Origin: Rhodoglobus sp.
GTDB taxonomy: Bacteria > Actinomycetota > Actinomycetes > Actinomycetales > Microbacteriaceae
Length of the DNA stretch: 64,000 nucleotides
Reading direction: 5' to 3'
Assembly (NCBI GenBank): GCA_025464445.1
Contig: JAODLY010000013.1
Span: 26,188-90,187, forward strand
Made by a program: the position numbers and the translations under genes. The notes below the pieces were generated by a model that saw nothing but the letters and a program-made list of their open reading frames with translations, was not told the DNA's origin and searched no databases. This document shows, one piece after another, positions 37,939 to 47,953 of the stretch (its first letter is position 1; every line of letters begins with the position of its first letter).

Positions 37939-39607
37939 TCTGCCGCAGCAATCTCAGCTGTTCGCGCCGCTGCGCCTGCTCGACCGGGTCGGGCACGGGT
38001 AGCGATGCCAGGAGGCGCTGGGTGTATGGATGCTTCGGGGCACCGAGCACCTCATCGCCCGTGCCCTCCTCCACGAGCCGCCCCTGCCAAAGCACGGCTA
38101 TGCGGTCGGAGAGCATGTCGACGACCGCGAGGTCGTGGCTGATGAACAGCGCAGCGAAGCCGAACTGTTTCTGCAGCTCGGCGAACAGCTCGAGCACGCG
38201 CGCCTGCACCGAGACATCGAGCGCGCTCGTCGGCTCGTCGGCGATGAGCAGGCTCGGCTCGAGCGCGAGCGAGCGGGCAAGGCTCGCGCGCTGCCGCTGG
38301 CCACCGCTCAGTTCGTGGGGATAGCGGTCGCCGTACGCGCGTGGGAGCTGCACGGCCTCGAGCAACTCGTCGGCACGAGGGCGGGCTGAGGCGGCATCCC
38401 GGGCCCTTCCGTGCACGATGAGGGGCTCTGCCACGCACTCCGCGATCGTCAGGAGCGGGTTGAAGCTCGACGCCGGGTCCTGGAACACGAAGCCGATGTC
38501 ACTGCGCACCGGCTTGAAGCTGCGCTCGCGGATGCCGAGCATCTCGTGGCCGAGCACCCGCAGCGAGCCTCCGGTGATCTTCGTGAGGCCGCCGATCGCG
38601 CGGCCGATCGTGGTCTTGCCTGAGCCGCTCTCGCCGACGAGGCCGAGCACCTCGCCGGGCGAGATGCTGAAATTCACGCTGTCGACGGCGCGGAAGCCAC
38701 TGCGCCCGAAACGACCCGGGTATTCGATGACGAGGTCGCGAGCCACGACCACGGGAGCTGCGGTGTTCGTCGTGCCCGACGCCACACGATCGGCGACGCG
38801 CGCTGCGGCCCTGGCGCCGCCGGTGCCGATGCGTGGGACCGCGGCGAGCAGCCGCTGGGTATATGGATGCTGCGGCTTTGAGAACAGCGCCTCTGCCGTG
38901 GCCTCCTCGACCACTTTGCCGTCGAACATGACCGCGACGCGGTCGGCGAGATCGGCCACGACGCCCATGTTGTGGGTGATCAGGATTATCGCGGCGCCGA
39001 ACTCGTCCCTGCAGCGCCGCAGCAGGTCGAGGATCTCGGCCTGGACCGTCACATCGAGGGCGGTCGTGGGCTCATCCGCGACGATGAGCTCCGGTTCGAG
39101 CACGAGGGCCATGGCGATCACGACGCGCTGCTTCTGCCCGCCGGAGAACTGGTGCGGGTAGTAGTCGACGCGCTTTTCCGGCTCGGGGATGCCCACCCGG
39201 CCGAGGATGTCGATCGCCTTCGCCCGCGCCGCGCCGCGACTGAGCCGCCCATGCGCGCGCAGGCCTTCGGCGATCTGCCAGCCCACCGTGAATACCGGAT
39301 TGAGGGCGGTGGACGGCTCCTGGAACACCATGGCGACATCCACCCCGCGAATCGCGCGGAGCTTCTCGGGGCTCAGCCCGATCACGTCGGTGCCGTTGAG
39401 CACTATCGCGCCGCGGGTTGTGGCCGTCTCGGGCAGCAGGCCGAGGATGGTCTTCGCCGTGACGGTCTTGCCGCTGCCGCTCTCGCCGACGATCGCGAGT
39501 ACCTCGCCGGAGTCCACGGAAAGGGTCACATCGTCGACGGCGACGACGTTGCCGCCGTCGGTCGCAAATGTGACCTCGAGATTCTCGATGTCCACGACGC
39601 GGCTCAT
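37931..39607 (-). CDS. fused double-NBD ABC transporter ATP-binding protein (DppD/DppF-type)
   Basis: Two complete cassettes are present: GESGSGKTV / FSGGQKQR / VADEPTTALD / ITHNM and GESGSGKTT / LSGGQRQR / IADEPTSALD / ISHDL. Confidence 0.92.
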   Translation of the reverse strand: MSRVVDIENLEVTFATDGGNVVAVDDVTLSVDSGEVLAIVGESGSGKTVTAKTILGLLPETATTRGAIVLNGTDVIGLSPEKLRAIRGVDVAMVFQEPSTALNPVFTVGWQIAEGLRAHGRLSRGAARAKAIDILGRVGIPEPEKRVDYYPHQFSGGQKQRVVIAMALVLEPELIVADEPTTALDVTVQAEILDLLRRCRDEFGAAIILITHNMGVVADLADRVAVMFDGKVVEEATAEALFSKPQHPYTQRLLAAVPRIGTGGARAAARVADRVASGTTNTAAPVVVARDLVIEYPGRFGRSGFRAVDSVNFSISPGEVLGLVGESGSGKTTIGRAIGGLTKITGGSLRVLGHEMLGIRERSFKPVRSDIGFVFQDPASSFNPLLTIAECVAEPLIVHGRARDAASARPRADELLEAVQLPRAYGDRYPHELSGGQRQRASLARSLALEPSLLIADEPTSALDVSVQARVLELFAELQKQFGFAALFISHDLAVVDMLSDRIAVLWQGRLVEEGTGDEVLGAPKHPYTQRLLASLPVPDPVEQAQRREQLRLLRQND

Positions 39608-40614
39608 GCCCTGCCCTCCAGTGCGTCGACCGCGAGGTCGGCGTCGAGCGGGCTGCCGCCCGGTGCGACGGATGTCACGGCGGTGGGCGACGGCAGCACG
39701 TCGGCGCGGCGACGGGTGCGCAGGCGCGGGTCAGCGAGGTCGTTGAGGCTCTCCCCGACGAGCGTGATCCCGAGCACGACGAGCACTATCGCCACACCGG
39801 GGAAGACCGACGTCCACCAGATTCCGCTCGTCACGTCGGAAATCGACCGGTTGAGGTCATAGCCCCACTCGGCGGCCGCCGTCGGCTCGATTCCGAAGCC
39901 GAGAAAGCCGAGACCGGCGAGGGTGAGCACCGCGTCTGAGCTGTTCAGCGTGAAGATGAGCGGGATGGTGCGGGTCGCGTTGCGCAGCACGTGCCGGAAC
40001 ATGATGCGGCCGGTGCTCGAGCCGATCACTTTCGCGGACTCGACGTACGCCTCCTGCTTGATCCGCAGCGTCTCGGCACGGATCACCCTGAAATACTGCG
40101 GGATGTAGACCACCGTGATCGAGATCGCCGCGGCGAAGACGCCGCCCCACAGGCTGGACTGGCCGCCCGAGATCGCGATCGCCGCGACGATCGCCAGCAG
40201 CAGGGTCGGGAAGGCGTAGACGGCGTCGGCGATGACGACGAGGGTGCGGTCGAGCCAACCGCCGATGTAGCCGGAGACCAGGCCCAGGATCACGCCCACG
40301 AAAATCGACAGGAGCACGGCGACGACGATGACCTCGAGCGCTGTCTGGCTGCCCCAGATGACCCGGGAGAGCACGTCGTATCCGCCCACAGTGGTGCCGA
40401 GCAGGTGTTTGCCGCCGGGCGGAACCTGCGCGCCGAACGTGCCGTCGGCGTCCTTCAGCTGGGAGAAGCCGTAGGGGGCGAGCAGCGGTGCGAGAACGGC
40501 GACCAGGATGAAGAATCCCGTGATCGTCACTCCCGCGATGAGCATGCCGCGTTGCAGCCCGACACTCTGCCGCAGCTGCCTGACTATGGGAAGGCGTCGC
40601 CAGAAATTGTTCAT
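39604..40614 (-). CDS. ABC transporter permease (DppC/OppC type)
   Basis: The 336-aa protein starts MNNFWRRLPIVRQLRQ... and contains VESAKVIGSSTGRIMFRHVLRN (EAA-like loop). The ATG at 40614 overlaps the upstream stop. The long track extension to 41250 was trimmed. Confidence 0.9.
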   Translation of the reverse strand: MNNFWRRLPIVRQLRQSVGLQRGMLIAGVTITGFFILVAVLAPLLAPYGFSQLKDADGTFGAQVPPGGKHLLGTTVGGYDVLSRVIWGSQTALEVIVVAVLLSIFVGVILGLVSGYIGGWLDRTLVVIADAVYAFPTLLLAIVAAIAISGGQSSLWGGVFAAAISITVVYIPQYFRVIRAETLRIKQEAYVESAKVIGSSTGRIMFRHVLRNATRTIPLIFTLNSSDAVLTLAGLGFLGFGIEPTAAAEWGYDLNRSISDVTSGIWWTSVFPGVAIVLVVLGITLVGESLNDLADPRLRTRRRADVLPSPTAVTSVAPGGSPLDADLAVDALEGRA

Positions 40615-41705
40615 CAGTACCGCACCCTCGGGTCGATGATCGCGGCGAGGATGTCGACGATGAAGTTGGTCAACGCGACGATCACCGCCAGCAGGGCCAC
40701 GATCCCCTGCACGGCCACGAAGTCGCGGGCGCTGAGGTATTCGGCGAGCTTGAACCCGAGCCCCTTCCACTCGAAGGTCGTCTCCGTGAGCACCGCGCCG
40801 CCGAGCAGCACGGCGATCTGCAGTCCGATGACCGTGATGATCGGGATGAGGGCCGGGCGGTAGGCGTGCGTGCGCACGAGACGGAACTCGCTCACGCCGC
40901 GCGAGCGCGCGGCATCCACGTAGTCCATCGAGAGAGTGCCGATGACGTTGGTGCGCACGAGGCGCAGGAAGATGCCGGCGGTGAGCAGGCCCAGGGCGAC
41001 GCCGGGCAGCACGGCGTGTGAGAGCACGTCGGCGACAGCGGTCGGCCCCAGCCGGAACGCGTCGATGAGGTAGATGCCTGTCTTGTTCTCGAGCCTGGAC
41101 ATGTTCAGTTCGGTGCGGGTGGATGCACGGCCCGCGACCGGGAGCACCTTGAGCCACACCGAGAACACCAGCTTGAGAAGCAGTCCCGCGAAGAAGACGG
41201 GAGTCGCGTAGCAGAGGATCGCGAAGACCCGCAGGATCGCATCCGGCCACTTGTCACGCAGGTATGCCGCGAGCATGCCGAGCGGGATGCCGACCACGAA
41301 CGCGACGATGAGCGCGTAGAACGTGAGCTCGAGGGTTGCACCGCCGTAGGTGAGCAAAAGTTGGGCTACGGGACGGTTGTCACTGAGCGTTGTGCCGAAG
41401 TTCCCGGTGAAGACCTGGCCGATGTACTCGAAATACTGCACGATCACCGGGCGGTCATAGCCTGCGGCATGGATGCGCTCCGCGAGTTGCGCGGGATTGA
41501 GCTTGCCGCCCAGCGACGCCGTGATCGGGTCGCCGATCGTGCGCATGAGCAGGAACACCATGGTCACGAGGATGAACACCGTCGGGATGATGAGCAGGAA
41601 CCGCACCACGATGTAGCGCACGAGGTTGTTGCCCGTCGCGCGCGGGCGCCTGCCCGGCGCGGTCGGTGCCGGGACCGGCTCTGCGGCCAGCTGTGCAGTC
41701 GTCAT
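40614..41705 (-). CDS. ABC transporter permease (DppB/OppB type)
   Basis: The 363-aa ORF contains YIVVRFLLIIPTVFILVTMVFLLMR and DYVDAARSRGVSEFRLVRTHAYRPALIPIIT. Confidence 0.9.
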   Translation of the reverse strand: MTTAQLAAEPVPAPTAPGRRPRATGNNLVRYIVVRFLLIIPTVFILVTMVFLLMRTIGDPITASLGGKLNPAQLAERIHAAGYDRPVIVQYFEYIGQVFTGNFGTTLSDNRPVAQLLLTYGGATLELTFYALIVAFVVGIPLGMLAAYLRDKWPDAILRVFAILCYATPVFFAGLLLKLVFSVWLKVLPVAGRASTRTELNMSRLENKTGIYLIDAFRLGPTAVADVLSHAVLPGVALGLLTAGIFLRLVRTNVIGTLSMDYVDAARSRGVSEFRLVRTHAYRPALIPIITVIGLQIAVLLGGAVLTETTFEWKGLGFKLAEYLSARDFVAVQGIVALLAVIVALTNFIVDILAAIIDPRVRY

Positions 41706-41812
41706 CGATGCCTATCGCGGTCTGTGCTTATCAAATCCGTAAAAAGGGGGCGACCCGCCTGACGGCAGGTCGCCCCCGATCATGCACTAGAGAAGACTCT
41801 AGCCGTGCCTGG

Positions 41813-43432
41813 TTAGCCCTTGACGAGGGTCGCGAAGCGGAACTTGAACGATCCGTCGAGCGTGGTGCCCGTCACGTTCTTGCCCGTTACCGCGATCTGT
41901 GCACCCTGCAGCAACGGCACCGTCGGAAGGTCCGCCGCGACGAGCGACTGGATCTTCTCGATGTCGCTCGTTCGGGTCGCCGGGTCCAGTTCGACGGCCT
42001 GGGCACCGATCAGGTCGGTCACCTCGGAGTTGTCGTAGTGGTTCACGAGGAAGCTGGCCGGCGTGAAGAACGGCGCCAGGTAGTTGTCAGCATCCGCGTA
42101 GTCCGGGAACCAGCCCATCTGGAACACCGGGTAGACGTCGGCAACGCGATCCTTCGAGTACTGCACCCACTCCGTGGACTGGAGGTTGACCGCGAACAGT
42201 CCGCCCTCCTCGAGCTGGCTCTTCACGAGCGCGTACTCGTCACCGGACGACTCACCGTAGTGGTCGGGGTTGTACTGGAGGTTCAGCGCGACCGGCGTCG
42301 TGATTCCGGCGTCGGCGAGCACCTGCTTGGCGGCAGCGCCATCCGGCCCGCCGTTCTTGTCGCCATAGATGCCCTTCAGGGCATCCGTTGCGCCGACGAA
42401 GCCGGCGGGAACGTAGGAGTACAGCGGCAGGTAGGTGCCCTTGTAGACCTGGTCCGCGATCGCCTGGCGGTCGACGAGATCGGCGACTGCCTGGCGCACG
42501 GCGAGGGCCTTGGCCGGGTCGGCCTCAGCTGTCGTCGCACCGAACGGCTGCGTGTTGAAGTTGAACGTGATGTAGCGGATCTCTCCACCCGGGCCGTCGG
42601 TGACGGTGACCTTGCTGTTCGTCTTCAGGTCAGCCACGTCGGTAGCCGAAAGGCTGCGGTACGCGGCGTCGATGTTGCCCTCCTGCACGTCGAGCTTGAG
42701 GTTCGAGGAGTCGGTGTAGTACTTGAGGTCGACGTTCTTCGTCTTCGCCGCGCCCAGCACACCCGCGTAGTCCGCGTTGGCCTGGAACGAGACGAGGTTG
42801 TTGAAGTCGTAGCTCGTGATGACGTACTGGCCGTCGAACGCGTTCGCCTTGACGATGGTCTCGTCAGGGGTCACGGCGTCGGGCGAGAACGAATCCTCGT
42901 CGACGATGATGCCGGCCTGGCTGGTGAGGATCTGCGGGAAGATCTGGTCGTTGGGCGCCTTCAGGTGGAAGACGACTGTCGTGTCATCCACAGCCTCGGT
43001 GCTGTCGAGGTTGTAGAGCAGCACTGACGGGCCATTCTCGTCCGCGATCTTGAGCTGGCGGTCGAAGCTGAATTTCACATCGGATGAGGTGAGCGGCTTG
43101 CCGTTCGACCACTTGAGCCCGGGCTTGAGCTTGACCGTGTAATCGGTGCCCGAAGTGAATTCGGCCGAGGCGGCGAGGTCGGGTACGACGTCGGCGCTGC
43201 CGGGCACCGAGTTGAGCAGCAGCGCGAAGACCTGGGTCTGCACTGTCAGCGAACCGTTGTCGTACGAGCCGGCCGGGTCGAGCGCCGTGACCTTGTCGGT
43301 GGTGCCGACGACGATCGAACTGGAGGCGCCGCCGCCGGTAGTACCGGCAGCGCAGCCGGCGAGTGCCAGTGCGAACACCGCGGTGCCGGCAAGCGCGCCA
43401 ATCAGGCGCTTGTTCTTGGATGCGGATGTCAT
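41813..43432 (-). CDS. ABC transporter substrate-binding lipoprotein, family 5 (peptide/nickel type)
   Basis: The lipoprotein signal is MTSASKNKRLIGALAGTAVFALALAGC. The 539-aa body is SBP_bac_5-like. Confidence 0.9.
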   Translation of the reverse strand: MTSASKNKRLIGALAGTAVFALALAGCAAGTTGGGASSSIVVGTTDKVTALDPAGSYDNGSLTVQTQVFALLLNSVPGSADVVPDLAASAEFTSGTDYTVKLKPGLKWSNGKPLTSSDVKFSFDRQLKIADENGPSVLLYNLDSTEAVDDTTVVFHLKAPNDQIFPQILTSQAGIIVDEDSFSPDAVTPDETIVKANAFDGQYVITSYDFNNLVSFQANADYAGVLGAAKTKNVDLKYYTDSSNLKLDVQEGNIDAAYRSLSATDVADLKTNSKVTVTDGPGGEIRYITFNFNTQPFGATTAEADPAKALAVRQAVADLVDRQAIADQVYKGTYLPLYSYVPAGFVGATDALKGIYGDKNGGPDGAAAKQVLADAGITTPVALNLQYNPDHYGESSGDEYALVKSQLEEGGLFAVNLQSTEWVQYSKDRVADVYPVFQMGWFPDYADADNYLAPFFTPASFLVNHYDNSEVTDLIGAQAVELDPATRTSDIEKIQSLVAADLPTVPLLQGAQIAVTGKNVTGTTLDGSFKFRFATLVKG

Positions 43433-43569
43433 ATCCGTCTACCTCTTCCTATTGGTGACAAGGAATGCTTGCGGCGCGCAGAAACGCCCCGCGCATTGCT
43501 GTTGTTCAGTAGTAACACAGAACCGAGGACGGGTCGCTATCGAGCGAGTCTCTCGCGACGGATGTTTAC

Positions 43570-43599
43570 AGTAAAGCAACAGAACCCCGCATTCGGGGT
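43570..43599 (-). terminator. possible terminator after dnaG
   Basis: The minus strand reads ACCCCG-AATG-CGGGGT followed by TCTGTTGCTTT. The stem is short and the T tract is interrupted. Confidence 0.35.
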
Positions 43600-43604
43600 A
43601 CATT

Positions 43605-45470
43605 TCAATCGGTTCGAAGCGCCCTGCGCTCGGTTTCGACGCGCACCAGGTCTCGCTGCACCTGCGCGTACTTTTCGGGCTCGGATGCCGCATCCAGTCG
43701 TTGCATCGCCCCCAGCAGGTCGCGTTTCTGGCGCAGCAGGTCGCGATCCACGATGTCTGCGGTCACGCTGCGGCAGTACACGGCGATGCGGTCTTCGCGC
43801 TCGGGGATCGGAGCGACCCCGAGCTGCTTGACGAGAGTGGAGAACGTGACGGGAACCTCGTCCGCCACCGCCGACAGCCAGCCGGGGCTGTTCCAGCGGT
43901 CGAGGCTCGTTGCGATAGCGTCACGCACGACCGCGAGGGTGTTGTCGGCGAACGCGACCTGCGAAACCCGGCGGATCATGTCCTCACCGATTTCTGCCGG
44001 ATGCTGCAGCACGGCCATGAGCGCGTCGCGTTCAAGCCGTGTGGCCGGGTCTGTCGGCAGTTTCATGAGGTCGGGCTGGTCTTCGCGCCGCGGTTGCTCA
44101 TCCTCGTGGCTGCGGTCGGGCTCCGGAGCCCGCGACACGCTTCCCCGTGCGGCCTGCACAGCCCGCTGCACCTCGCCAGGCTCCATCCCCAGCCAACCGG
44201 CGAGATTACGCACGTAGCCGACGCTGAGCGCCTGGTCGCGGATCCCCGCGACCACGGGGGCGGCCGCCCGCAGGGCGGCGACGCGGCCCTCAACGGTCTC
44301 GAGGTCGTGCTCGGCGAGCCGTCGCCGCACCATGAACTCGAACATCGGCTTGCGGCTCTTGATGAGTCGGCGCACGGCGTCGTCGCCTTTGTTCAGCCGC
44401 AGGTCGCAGGGGTCGAGCCCGTCGGGGGCTACCGCCACGAACGTTTGGGCGGCGAAGCGCTGCTCCTCCGCGAACGCGCGGCTCGCGGCCTTCTGGCCGG
44501 CCTCATCCGGGTCGAAGGTGAAAATCACCTCGCCCGTGCCCGTGGTGTCCGAGTTGTCCACGTCGCCGATCACGCGGCGCACGATCTTGATGTGGTCCAC
44601 ACCGAATGAGGTGCCGCAGGTGGCGACAGCCGTCGTGACGCCCGCGAGGTGGCAGGCCATCACATCCGTGTATCCCTCGACCACGACCACCTGGCGGCCG
44701 CGGGCGATGTCCCGCTTGGCGAGGTCGAGCCCGTAGAGCACCTGGCTCTTGTGGTACACCGGCGTCTCCGGGGTGTTGAGGTACTTCGGCCCGTTGTCGT
44801 CGTCGAGCAGCTTGCGTGCGCCGAAGCCAAGGGTCGAGCCCGTGACATCCCGGATCGGCCACACCAGCCGCCCCCTGAACCTGTCGTACACGTCGCCCCG
44901 CTCGCCCCGCCCGAGCAGGCCGGCGGTGACGAGCTCGTCCTCGGTGTAGCCGAGCGTCTTGAGGTGCTTGCCGAGCAGGCCGCCGCGCGGGGCGAATCCC
45001 ACGCCGAAGCGGTCCGCCGCCGCGAGATCGAAACCGCGTTCGCCCAGGAACTTGCGCCCCGGCTCCGCCTCCGGGGTCTTCAACTGTGCGGCGTAGTACT
45101 CGGCGGCGGACTGGTTGGCCGCGAGAATGCGCGCACGGTTGCCGTGATCGGTGGCGGCGGCGCCATCCTCGTAGTGCAGCTCGAAGCCGATGCGGGCGGC
45201 CATGCGCTCCACGGCCTCGGAGAACGACACGTGGTCCATCTTCTGCAGGAAGGTGAACACATCCCCGCCCTCGCCGCAGCCGAAGCAGTGGTAGAAACCG
45301 ACCTGCGGGCGCACGTGGAAACTGGGGCTGCGCTCCTCGTGGAACGGGCAGAGGCCCTTCATCGACCCGACGCCAGCACTCTTGAGCGAGACGTAGTCGC
45401 CGACGATGTCCGCGAGGTTGGTGCGCGACCTGACCTCGTCGATATCGCTTCGTCGGATCAGGCCAGCCAC
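43605..45470 (-). CDS. dnaG: DNA primase
   Basis: The zinc finger reads CPFHEERSPSFHVRPQVGFYHCFGCGEGGD, and the TOPRIM region reads VVVVEGYTDVMA. Confidence 0.95.
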   Translation of the reverse strand: MAGLIRRSDIDEVRSRTNLADIVGDYVSLKSAGVGSMKGLCPFHEERSPSFHVRPQVGFYHCFGCGEGGDVFTFLQKMDHVSFSEAVERMAARIGFELHYEDGAAATDHGNRARILAANQSAAEYYAAQLKTPEAEPGRKFLGERGFDLAAADRFGVGFAPRGGLLGKHLKTLGYTEDELVTAGLLGRGERGDVYDRFRGRLVWPIRDVTGSTLGFGARKLLDDDNGPKYLNTPETPVYHKSQVLYGLDLAKRDIARGRQVVVVEGYTDVMACHLAGVTTAVATCGTSFGVDHIKIVRRVIGDVDNSDTTGTGEVIFTFDPDEAGQKAASRAFAEEQRFAAQTFVAVAPDGLDPCDLRLNKGDDAVRRLIKSRKPMFEFMVRRRLAEHDLETVEGRVAALRAAAPVVAGIRDQALSVGYVRNLAGWLGMEPGEVQRAVQAARGSVSRAPEPDRSHEDEQPRREDQPDLMKLPTDPATRLERDALMAVLQHPAEIGEDMIRRVSQVAFADNTLAVVRDAIATSLDRWNSPGWLSAVADEVPVTFSTLVKQLGVAPIPEREDRIAVYCRSVTADIVDRDLLRQKRDLLGAMQRLDAASEPEKYAQVQRDLVRVETERRALRTD

Positions 45471-45534
45471 AGTGATGATTGTACGAGCCGCTGGGGACGC
45501 ATCCGGCTCGGACCGCCTGTGGGCCGAGCGCTAG

Positions 45535-46773
45535 CTAGCCCACGAGCCGCTCGTGCCAGGCCATCGCCGACTGGTCGGTGAGCGAGGCGACCTGGTCTAC
45601 GACTGCGCGCTTACGCTGGGCGTCGGTCTGCGCTGCGTTCCAGTCGGCGGTGAAGCCGGTGTCGAGGTTGGTGGGCGCACTCCAGAGCAACACGTCGGCA
45701 AGTTCGGAGAGGATGTCGCGCTGCTGCCGGTAGATCGGGCGGCGCGCGTTCGTCGACATGACGAACGCCGCCACGATGCCCTTGAGCACGGCGATCTCCG
45801 CCTGGATCTCGCGCGGGATGACGAGCGATCCCCCGAATCTCGCGAGACTGCCCCCGTACGCCTCCCGCGTCGACTTCGTCGCCGCACCCGCGAAGCGCCC
45901 GATGAGCTGGCTCGTGAGGTTCTTGAGCCTGCCGTGCGCCTCGCGGCTGCCGTCCCAGCTGTCGAGCCAGACCGGCAGGGAGTCCAGGCGGTCGAACGCG
46001 GCGATGAGCTCGTCGTGGTCCACCTCTCCCCCGATCCAGGCGAACATGCTGTTGACGAGCTCGTCGTGGTCGACGCGCGCGCCGAGAGCCGTGACATCCA
46101 CGTAGCCGTTGACTATCGCGTCCTCGAAGTCGTGCACCGAATAGCCGATGTCGTCTGACAGGTCCATGACCTGGGCTTCGATGCAGCGCTGGCGGTCAGG
46201 GGCGCCGGCGCGCAGCCACGCGAAAACCTCGGTGTCGTCGTCGTAGAAGCCGTACTTACTGCGCCCACTCGGGTCTGGCACGCCCTGCGCGCTCGGCCAG
46301 GGGTATTTGCAACTGGCATCCAGTGATGCCCGCGTGAGGTTGAGCCCGTACGACCTGCCGTCGGGTCCGAAGACCTTCGGCTCGATGCGGGTGAGCAGGC
46401 GCAGGGTCTGGGCGTTGCCCTCGAAGCCCCCGATGTCGGCCGCCCACTCGTTGAGCGCACGCTCCCCGTTGTGTCCGAACGGTGGATGCCCGAGGTCGTG
46501 CGCGAGGCAGGCGGTGTCCACTACATCCGGGTCGAGCCCAAGGCTCTCGCCGAGTTCGCGGCCGACCTGAGCCACTTCGAGGGAATGGGTGAGCCGGTTG
46601 CGGGCGAAGTCGAGCCCAGCTGTGGGCGAGAGCACCTGCGTCTTGGCGGCGAGGCGGCGCAGGGCACTGGAGTGCAGCACCCTTGCCCGGTCGCGGGCGA
46701 AGTCGCTGCGCCGGCTGGAATGCTCCTCGGGAAGCCAGCGCTCTGCATCGACCGTCGAGTAGCTATCCGCCAC
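45535..46773 (-). CDS. dgt: dGTP triphosphohydrolase-like HD-domain protein
   Basis: Motifs include FARDRARVLHSSALRRLAAKTQV, RLTHSLEVAQVGR and CLAHDLGHPPFGH. It lies downstream of dus and upstream of dnaG, as in many actinobacteria. Confidence 0.9.
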   Translation of the reverse strand: MADSYSTVDAERWLPEEHSSRRSDFARDRARVLHSSALRRLAAKTQVLSPTAGLDFARNRLTHSLEVAQVGRELGESLGLDPDVVDTACLAHDLGHPPFGHNGERALNEWAADIGGFEGNAQTLRLLTRIEPKVFGPDGRSYGLNLTRASLDASCKYPWPSAQGVPDPSGRSKYGFYDDDTEVFAWLRAGAPDRQRCIEAQVMDLSDDIGYSVHDFEDAIVNGYVDVTALGARVDHDELVNSMFAWIGGEVDHDELIAAFDRLDSLPVWLDSWDGSREAHGRLKNLTSQLIGRFAGAATKSTREAYGGSLARFGGSLVIPREIQAEIAVLKGIVAAFVMSTNARRPIYRQQRDILSELADVLLWSAPTNLDTGFTADWNAAQTDAQRKRAVVDQVASLTDQSAMAWHERLVG

Positions 46774-47917
46774 TCGTACTCAACTCGGCCTCAGTCAACT
46801 CGGCCCTGTGCGTCTCCTGCAGCTCGCGGCTGTCGAGCCAGCCATAGGGCAGCGACGGGTTCTTCGGTGTGCCGGCCCGACCGCGCTGGCCCTCCGCGTC
46901 CGCACCGGGATACGCCTGCTGCCAGTCGAGCTGGGCGAGCAGTTCGTCGAGCTGCGCGAGATCCTTCACGGTCGCGAGCGACGCACGCAGGTCGCCGCCG
47001 ACCGCGTAACCCTTGAAATACCAGGCGACATGCTTGCGGATGTCGCGGCACGCCCGATCCTCGTCTTCGAAGAACTCCACGAGCAGCTCTGCATGGCGCT
47101 TGAACGCTGTCGCCACTTCGCCCAGCGTCGGCTCGGCTTTGCGCGTTTCACCCCGAAACGCGGCAGCGAGGTCGCCGAACAACCACGGGCGGCCGAGGCA
47201 GCCACGGCCCACGACCACGCCATCGCAGCCCGTCTCGTCGACCATGCGCAGCGCGTCCTCCGCGCTCCAGATGTCGCCATTGCCGAGCACCGGCGTGCCC
47301 GTGATGGCGTTCTTGAGCTTCTCGATCGCCGACCAGTCGGCGGTGCCTGAGTAGAACTCGGCGGCGGTACGAGCGTGCAGCGCGATGCTCGCGACGCCGG
47401 CGCCTTCGGCGACCCGGCCCGCCTCGAGGTAGGTGAGGTGGTTCGAGTCGATGCCCTTGCGCATCTTGATCGTGAGCGGCACGGCGCCCGCAGCTTTCAC
47501 GGCGCCCTCGACGATGTCGCGGAACAGTCCGAGTTTCCACGGCAGGGCGGCTCCTCCGCCCTTCTTCGTGACCTTGGGCACAGGGCATCCGAAGTTCAGG
47601 TCGATGTGGTCGGCGCGGTCCTCGGCGACCAGCATGGTGACGGCTTCCGCGACCGTCTTCGGGTCGACGCCGTAGAGCTGGATGCTGCGCGGCGTCTCCG
47701 ACTCGTGGTGCCGGATGAGGCGCATGCTCTCCGGCGTGCGCTCGACGAGGGCGCGGCTCGTGATCATCTCGGAGACGTAGAGCCCGGCGCCGTACTCACG
47801 GCACAGCCGACGGAACGCGGTGTTGGTGATGCCAGCCATCGGGGCGAGCACGACGGGGACGTCGAGCGCGATGGGCCCGATGTTCAGCGTCGGCGTTCCA
47901 GCCGCGAGAATGGTCAT
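46763..47917 (-). CDS. tRNA-dihydrouridine synthase
   Basis: The sequence VVLAPMAGITNTAFRRLCREYGAGLYVSEMITSRAL...IDLNFGCPVPKV matches Dus. The protein is 384 aa from the ATG at 47917. The track extension to 48319 is antisense to the ybaK-like gene and was trimmed. Confidence 0.9.
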   Translation of the reverse strand: MTILAAGTPTLNIGPIALDVPVVLAPMAGITNTAFRRLCREYGAGLYVSEMITSRALVERTPESMRLIRHHESETPRSIQLYGVDPKTVAEAVTMLVAEDRADHIDLNFGCPVPKVTKKGGGAALPWKLGLFRDIVEGAVKAAGAVPLTIKMRKGIDSNHLTYLEAGRVAEGAGVASIALHARTAAEFYSGTADWSAIEKLKNAITGTPVLGNGDIWSAEDALRMVDETGCDGVVVGRGCLGRPWLFGDLAAAFRGETRKAEPTLGEVATAFKRHAELLVEFFEDEDRACRDIRKHVAWYFKGYAVGGDLRASLATVKDLAQLDELLAQLDWQQAYPGADAEGQRGRAGTPKNPSLPYGWLDSRELQETHRAELTEAELSTSGG

Positions 47918-47953
47918 GTGACCATTGTCCCATCCCTTTCCGGGCGAGCGCGT

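Noticed and set aside
41666-43027. 453-aa plus-strand ORF. Similar long antisense ORFs occur at 19672..20883, 44649..45581, 53815..54618, 57793..59028 and 61851..62945
   Set aside because: All are antisense to strongly supported genes (SBP, aceA, dnaG, Gfo/Idh/MocA, GH95, sugar SBP). They show the Arg/Val/Asp/Glu-rich composition expected from reverse-complemented GC3-biased codons.
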